Shown here: positions 56,671 to 64,000 of the stretch, one piece after another | Numbering within the stretch: the stretch's first letter is position 1 | Layout of the letters: each line of letters starts with the position of its first letter | Assembly (NCBI GenBank): GCA_012295275.1 | Contig: CM022679.1 | Coordinates: 22,258,001 to 22,322,000, forward strand | Source of the DNA: Chrysomallon squamiferum | Taxonomy: Eukaryota; Animalia; Mollusca | Length of the DNA stretch: 64,000 nucleotides | Direction: 5' to 3' | The notes under the pieces: model-generated | Seen by the model: the letters and a program-made list of their open reading frames with translations, nothing else | The model's database searches: none | Told to the model about the DNA's origin: nothing | Made by a program: the position numbers and the translations under genes

Positions 56671-58913
56671 ATGTTTATAAATGTATTAATATATATCAGA
56701 ATGCTTGCTGCATTTCGCATTCAAACTTCGGGCTACAGCCTAACAAGCGATGAACAAAATATTATGGACAAATATTCTTCTGTGAACTGCAACGGTCGTG
56801 ATTCATGTTTCAATTACACTGCTCGACTGGAATACGTTAGAGAAAGGAAACATTTCTTCACAGAATTCGTCTGCTCCTGTGACTCATTCTGCTCGTTTTT
56901 CAAAGACTGTTGTTACGATGCCGAACCTGGGACTAACATTCATGCGGCTGATTTAACTCCGTCTATCTTGGATTCTGTGACTTGCGAATTGTTTTCAAAC
57001 GTTAACTTCATAAGTCCCATCTACTTTGTAAACAAATGTCCCAAATCGTGGACTGGGGACGACATTCGGAGACTGTGTGAAGAGCCGAGAACTGGTCCTG
57101 ATCAAATACTACGCGACACTCCAGTGACCGGCATGAAGACCGGTCTAATGTACAAGAACAGTTACTGTGCGATGTGTCACGACACTGACTACTTGTTCTG
57201 GAAGCACGAGGTCCGCTGTAAGAAAGTGATGAATACTTCACTGAGTTTTAAAGAGACTGTCAAGGAACAAGGCTGTTCACTGATGTACAGGCCTCCTACG
57301 CCCGCCATAGACTACAGATTTTGTCTTCACGATGATCCGATACTTCAGACATGCAGTCCAGGTTTTAACGGAACCGCAATTACTGATTTCTGCGAAAACG
57401 CAACAAACATGCGAATGTTTTCAGCTGTCCCCAGTTTGCGAGTCTATAGAAACAAGTACTGTGCTGTGTGCAATTTTGAAACTAAATTTTTTGCGGAAAG
57501 TATACAGAACCTGTATACAATAACAATGATTCATATTACCCATTCTCCATGGTTTTCGATATAAACATTGGCACAGGTGACACAACCATTGGACAGAAAG
57601 GATACAAGAAGGTTTCTAGAAATATCACAGCTGTACTCACTTGTGAACAAGACGAAGTCTACAACCCATTCTCCTCGATTTGTGAGAAAATTGTGTGTGG
57701 TGAAAACTTCGTCCTAGTTTCCAAGAACTGTATCGCTAACACTTCAAAACGTGCACAGTTTGACTGTCTTCGTAGACAACTTGATCCATCTGAATATGAT
57801 ATTCTGGAGAATGGCAGCCTGATAGAACTGTCGTCTGGAAATGTGTATGCAGATTCGGAGTATTATATTAGACACAATTCTGCCTTTGTCTGCTCTAATT
57901 TAACACAGAATTTCACTTCAGTAAAAGTGGTTGATAAGCAGATTATTCGTTTTACATTTTCACGAGGTGAAATAATTGGCCTGTTTATTTCATTATTTGC
58001 TCTGTTAGGTAACATTATTGTATATCTGACTATAAAGACGCTTCAAAACACTCCAGGAAAATGTTTACTCTCTCTGAGCTGTTGTCTGTTTGCTGCGGAA
58101 TCTCTGATGTTGATAGGACCTGAGATTTCTTTCTTGAGAGAAGTCTGTCGAGTTGTGGCGATATGTATGCACTATATCTTCCTGTCAGCTTTTTTCTGGA
58201 TGAACGCCATGGCCATCGATGTTTGGCTGACCTTTTCAAAGTCGTTTCGTCAAAATAAGTCATCAAAACGATTTCAGTTCTACTGCATCTTCTGCTGGAC
58301 AGGACCTGCATTAATCGTGTCTGCAGCAATCACAGTCGAATACTTGGCAAGCTCATCCGAATTCGCGCCAAATTATGGAAATGGAATCTGCTGGCTGTCG
58401 GGCAAAAAGGCTCTGTTACTCTTCTTCGCTTTTCCTCGGCTGTTGATCATCCTGACCAACTCGGCACTCTACGTGGCCACTGCCGTCAGTTTGTACCGTT
58501 CCAAATCATCGTCGTCCCGTCAGCTTGGGAGCGAAGACGGCATGGAGTTCTCGGTTTACGCGAAGCTGTTTATTGTGATGGGTCTCACTTGGCTGGCTGG
58601 GTTTGTCGCTGTTCTGGCCACGAAACCAATCCTCTGGGATACGTTTATTATTCTTAACATCGTGCAAGGTATCCTAATATTTCTGGCATTCTCCACGGCG
58701 AAGAGAGTTCGCAGTCTGATTAAGAATCGACTCTTTGGTCGTGGAGACAGATCTGTCAAAACGAAGAAACACTGCAACGATGAGTTGTCTACCAGAGTGT
58801 CCCATGCGAAACCATCTTCAGTAATAAATGATTCAGAGATGAAAGAATACAGAAATGTAAAGGAGTTTAATTCGAGTGTTAACTCTCAAATTACTGATTT
58901 AATAGAACAATGA
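56671..58913 (+). pseudogene. GPCR3: paralog of GPCR2 with a 1-bp frameshift in a T-run at about 57490 (pseudogene or sequencing error)
   Basis: ORFs 56671-57564 and 57549-58913 join if one T is added to T6 (restores F-F-C-G-K; GPCR2 has IFVCGK). It also has a 4-aa deletion at TM1 and a poor signal peptide; start codon uncertain. Confidence 0.75.
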
Positions 58914-59558
58914 ACGTAGCAGCACAGAACAAAGATTTTAATGTTGTGTATATTGATGACATACATAAAGCTAGCACCGAGAAGAAAAATTTAAATTTAA
59001 AATAATAATATAGACTCTATCTTTCTAGCGATTAAATATTTTGTATATAATTTCACCATTTTTTTTCCATTAGCTATCACATACACACATAGACATACCA
59101 CACAACATGCAAATAAAAAAGACAGTATATATACACATTTATTTACAACATACACACACATGCATCCACATACACCGATGCGTATGAAAAGTCTCTTTTA
59201 TTATCATTTTGCATTTGACACTGAAGAGGTTTCACAATTGTTTCCTTTAAACCTTCCGTTGTGACGTACTTCACCACAATACACTTTACTTTGTATTTCC
59301 TTCCTCCAATTATACACCACAAACCTTTTGTGTATTTGTAATTACATACAACATATGAATGAGTTTTGTACACACCGTCATTTTTAATAAGCTTTTCTTG
59401 TATAATAATATTAAATGATCTCGATACATTTCTTTATCAGTTATTAGAATTAGCATTATTAATAGTAAATTACAGAAAAATAAGGCAAAAAAAAAAAAAA
59501 AAAAAAAATAGAGGTAAAAACATCGAAAACCAAACTCTAACAGTACACTGTGTTACAA

Positions 59559-60432
59559 ATGTTTATTTTTTCAATATATTTTCTGCACTGTGCTGTCGTG
59601 TTGTCGTCATTCATGGCTCTCTGTGGACATTCTCAAGCAACTCCAGAAGCTGATCCAGACACGGAAACTTTGCGAGAACTTTTAAACTTGCAGCATCTGC
59701 TTCGCCAGCTTCGCGACGACTTAACGACTCTGAAAGCCAGTCTAAGCTACGAGAAAGTCCAGTGGAGTTCTCTGAAGTCTTCGCAAGAAGTAATCTCTAA
59801 GCATCTGAAGGATTTGGAAGCGTTCTCGTCAAAACACAGCGACCCGTGTGCATCGGCTGACGACGTTGTTGAGGACAATTAAAATAATTAGGAAAAATGA
59901 TTGGTTCATTTCGTGTAGTGAGTGCTTCAGGTAAATATGTAATTGTTTCTTTCTTTTGTCTTTCTTTTCTTTATTTTTTTTTCTTTTTCTTTTTTTTTTT
60001 TTTTTGTTATATTTTGGTTTAAACTTACAGGTGAGATAAACTACATGACTGAATGTTAAGAAAGTGAAAATGTGACTAATACTATTTGTTTGTTTGTTTA
60101 TTTGTTGTTGTTTTGTTTTTTGTTTGATTGTATATTTTTTTTTTTTTTGCAAACACTTACACCCACGCAAGCACGCACACACAACACATATATATTCTTT
60201 CTTATTGAGGTTTTATTTCTTTCTTTCTTTATTTATTATTTATTTATTTATTTATTTTTTTTTATTTTTTTTTTATTTTTTATTTATTTATTATTATGTA
60301 GATTATGTAAAATTGCAGTTATATAAAATATAATATTTATGTAGAAGAGCGTTGCAGTGAGATCGGGGGAAAAGCCAAAGAAATATTTGCAATGGTGAAT
60401 ACTGGTATGGCTCCAACGTCTGATCGTAGATA
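59559..60432 (+). pseudogene. Gene D: degraded member of the coiled-coil/propeller family
   Basis: Signal plus coil (LRQLRDDLTTLKASLSYEKVQWSSLKSSQEVISK); stop at 59880, before the donor CAG|GTAAAT (59931). Acceptor TAG|AA at 60345 reads ..KEIFAMVNT (compare RIFQIVNT), then a stop; no remaining propeller recognised. Confidence 0.7.
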
Positions 60433-60629
60433 ACAATAAATAATACGTGTTAGCAATTTCGTCCATAACATTATCAAGTGTTTGGTATTTGTTTCCTTTC
60501 AGACATCCAAACACATCCTGGTTCAGAGCAAACAGACAAGTTTTGCGAGAAACAGGAAGATTTAATTTCATTTGATTTCCTTCCATGCTTTGAATGAACG
60601 AAACAAACAAAGAGTGGATTTTCAAAACA

Positions 60630-61290
60630 TTGTTTTAGAGTTAGTACTTGTCATACATGTTTATCATTTATGATAATATTCCTTGGCTTCTGTGGATCAT
60701 ATTACATTTATCTACAAAGGAATTTTTATTCAAGAAGAGAAACTACTATGCATGCTGTGGACTTTCAGTATACTGTTTTACTGATTTAATATTTCTCATA
60801 TTTAATAATATTCCTAGTGTAAGATTCAGATTAACTACAACAAGAAGAGAAACTATTATCCACATTGTGTTGTGTTCTTTTTTTCATTGTACTGATTCAG
60901 TATTTGTCGTATATATGATTATACTTCTTGTTTTCTGCGTGGAAAATTAATTGTATTCAGTGTCTTGCCAAAGGAATATTTGTACAGCAATAAAATTAAT
61001 TATTATTCATTCTGTGGAGTTTCTATATACTGTCACACTGATTCACAGTATTTATCCTCTATCATATTATTCCTTGGCTACTGTTGCATAAGTTTAAATT
61101 CATTGAACAAGGAACTGACTCCAAGCGAGACTATTATCAAAACTGTGGACTTTCAGTGTACTCTTTTACCTATTTATCATTTTTCATTATTAATAATATT
61201 TTTTTTGCAGGCTGTATTTATATGACTAAAATTTTATAACATTCCCTGATTTCTCTGTGAACAGTTAATTGCATGTAAAATATAATCCAA
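60630..61290. repeat. Degenerate tandem repeat with about 130-bp period
   Basis: Recurring ATTCCTTGGCT, CTGTGGA(C/G)TTTC and ACTGATT motifs at about 60755, 61012 and 61143. Confidence 0.55.
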
Positions 61291-61391
61291 GAGGAATTTT
61301 TGTGCAACAATTAGACGCTAGTCTGGAAACTCAACTCTGGTTTTAATTCATACAAATTTCCTAGTTTTAAAAATTCTGTAAAATTTATCTC

Positions 61392-63164
61392 ATGATGAAA
61401 TATTCAGTTGTATGCTGTATATTAGGACTTTTATTTCTGACCGATGGCTGCTGGAGTGAAGACTTTCTCTCTCGTTTGAAAGACAAAATGAAAATGTTTA
61501 CACAAAAAAGAAGCAGTTCACAAGGGTCACTGAAGGAGTACCTGCAGAACAAGACAAATGAGCAGCTCAAAGGTATGATTGAAACCATGGTTCTGAAAAC
61601 ACGTCTTAGTTTAGAGAAAGCGCAAAGACAATCTTTGAAGTCTTCATTAGAAACGGCTATTAGACAGCTCGATGTTTTGAAAGATGCACTCTACAAGACG
61701 CAAAAGAAGGGGTGTTTGTGCACTCCCGTGAACCGCAACAATAGCAAGTACACGTCACCTACAGAAACAGAAAGAAGATATTCAACAGGTAAGATATATT
61801 ATTAAAATAAACTTAAAATATTAGGGGTACATTAAAATAAATGTTACATCAGGACTGCTGGTAATTATGTCATCAAAATATACGTATTATGTTACGATTA
61901 GAGGTAATTATATTTTAAAATAAAGTGATAATAGTGTAAAGACTATAGGTAAATTATATTATGATTATATGTAATTATTACGCTAAAATGAACTCATTAT
62001 ATTTTGACTATAGATAAATAAGTCATTAAAAATAATTTATTATTTTTTTTTATAGAGGCAATTTTGTTATAAAAATAAACTCATTATATTATGCTTACAG
62101 GTATTAATGTTATTTAAAAAAAAAAAGCTAAACGCATTATAATTGCAGGTATAGATTAGATTAGAGGTAAAAATGTTATTAAAATAAGTTAGTATAATTA
62201 TTTATAAATATTGAGACTACAGAAAGTATGTTATCAAAATAAACTTATTATAATTATTACGATTATATGTTAAAATGTTTTATTATTCATTTCAGTGGAA
62301 GAAAATGCCACGAGAGGAGTGAAAGAAGAAAACATGACAAGAACAGTACGTTTGATAAACAAAATTGTCAGTCAGTCTACTGAAGATAACATGGTTCCCA
62401 TGCTGATGGACGTCATTGTTCTCCATCAACAACAAACAGACGTCGTCGTAGTCAGTGACCTTGAAAACGTCTGCGTGAAGTCGTTTTGGGAGGATCCACA
62501 AGAAATGGGGAAGTTCAAAAGCAGCCGGTTGAATTTTGATGTATCTGGTATCGTCGGGAAAATGGCGAAATTTAACGAAAACCAAATTGCGGTTACTGTC
62601 GGTAACAGCGTTTTGAGTGACATATACACCATCAACGTAAATCCAGAGTTGTCAGTCGATCACGTTATCAATCATCAGAGAAATTTCGTATGGAGTATCT
62701 GCGCAATGTCTTCACGAACCAACGCCTCTAACCAACAAACAACGATGCTTGGTCACAGCGAGGGATTAGAACTGGTGGACAAGAAAGGCAATCTTACTGA
62801 GGCTCTGGAAATCCCCAACCACTGTGAAATGCGCCCATTTCACTTAGCGCAGCTACCGAACGGTAACATCGTTATATCGAATGGCGAAAGCGGACTGGTT
62901 TGTATAAGTCTGAAAGGGCAAGTCGTGTGGAGGTACGACATTAGGAGACCTGTGGGTATTACCAGTGATGACGACGGAAACGTTTACGTTGCGAACATTG
63001 AAAATAACGAAGTGATTCAGCTTTCTTCTGATGGCGAGTTTGTCAAAGAGGTTCTGACTCAGGCAGATGAAGTTGAACGTCCTGCGGGTCTGTATTATGA
63101 TTCAGCTAAAGAAAAACTCTATGTAGCCGAGATCAGTGGCTCGATTAAAATATTTCAAATGTGA
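61392..63164 (+). CDS. Gene E: divergent predicted secreted coiled-coil + NHL-type propeller protein, 421 aa; exons 61392-61788 and 62296-63164
   Basis: Signal MMKYSVVCCILGLLFLTDGCWS; LKTRLSLEK..SLKSS motif shared with the other exon 1s; donor CAG|GTAAGA and acceptor TTTCAG|TG in phase 1; NHL blades RPVGITSDDDGNVYVANIENNEV and RPAGLYYD. Confidence 0.9.
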
Positions 63165-63247
63165 TCGTATTTCTTTTTTTTTTTTTTTTTTTGTGAGTGA
63201 TTCTTTAAGAAATTAATTTGTTTTGTGTATGTATATTTCTATATACG

Positions 63248-63282
<35 letters not shown>

Positions 63283-64000
63283 TCTTTTTTTTCAAGATTT
63301 AGTAATAGATGTATCTATCCTCTAATTAAAAAGAACAGTTTTAAGATTCTATTACGAATCAAACTTCAATAAAAATAATTATTACACTCGTTAAAATAGT
63401 TGAAAATGAACCTGACTAACAAAACATATTATTCATCCTGTCAGTTCACCTAATTAATTTATGTTTACTACTTCGAGAAAGACAAATAAAATACATTAAA
63501 GAAACAAGATTTAGTTTTGTCATGGCCTTCATGTATGAACACAATAAGACGAAAACAACATCGTTTTCGAAGATTGTTTACCCTTAGAAAAACGAATGCA
63601 GTACCAGCTGCTGAATTTAAATATCAGGATACATATACTGTACAATATATATATGTTTTGTCATCATTAATATCCAAGTTAGCTTCCCCTCGAGAGATCG
63701 AAAAAAACAAAAAATGCATTTATAAAGGATAAGATACCAAGGTAAATACTTTATTTTTTAATGGCAATGTTCTTGATATCTGAAAATTTACGTGTTAAAA
63801 TAAAACAACAGTGGTGCTGGTTGAACCACAAACTGAATTTACTATAATTTTGAATTTACTGGTTTTATTTCCGTTTTCAAATAGGTTCAGGAATTGGACA
63901 AAGCGGTTAATGTGTTGTTGTATACAATATAAGGAATTAAACGTCTAAACCATTATAACGCTTTTTCGCAGTTGTTTGTTTTCACTGTGCAGGCTATCCC

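Overview
AT-rich, microsatellite-rich animal genomic DNA with GT-AG introns; the gene content suggests a mollusc or other lophotrochozoan (inference). The main feature is a tandem cluster (~20.9-63.2 kb) of two-exon genes that the ORF track splits into pieces. Exon 1 encodes a signal peptide plus a coiled-coil-like segment; one conserved phase-1 intron follows; exon 2 encodes an NHL-type beta-propeller with no RING or B-box. Six copies look intact (A1, B1, A2, C1, B2, E; 416-421 aa), two are frameshifted (A3, C2), and several decayed exon relics remain. A ~12.6 kb B-A-C unit is duplicated in tandem, and paralog differences cluster in propeller loops. The window also holds three genes with uninterrupted coding regions for Cys-rich, somatomedin-B-like, class B/Methuselah-like GPCRs (one frameshifted; two head-to-head with mosaic identity and a 34-bp minisatellite between them). 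There is also a stand-alone KY/hillarin-like ORF and several DNA transposon relics (Tigger, Buster-type hAT, and two MITEs with visible TIRs and TSDs).
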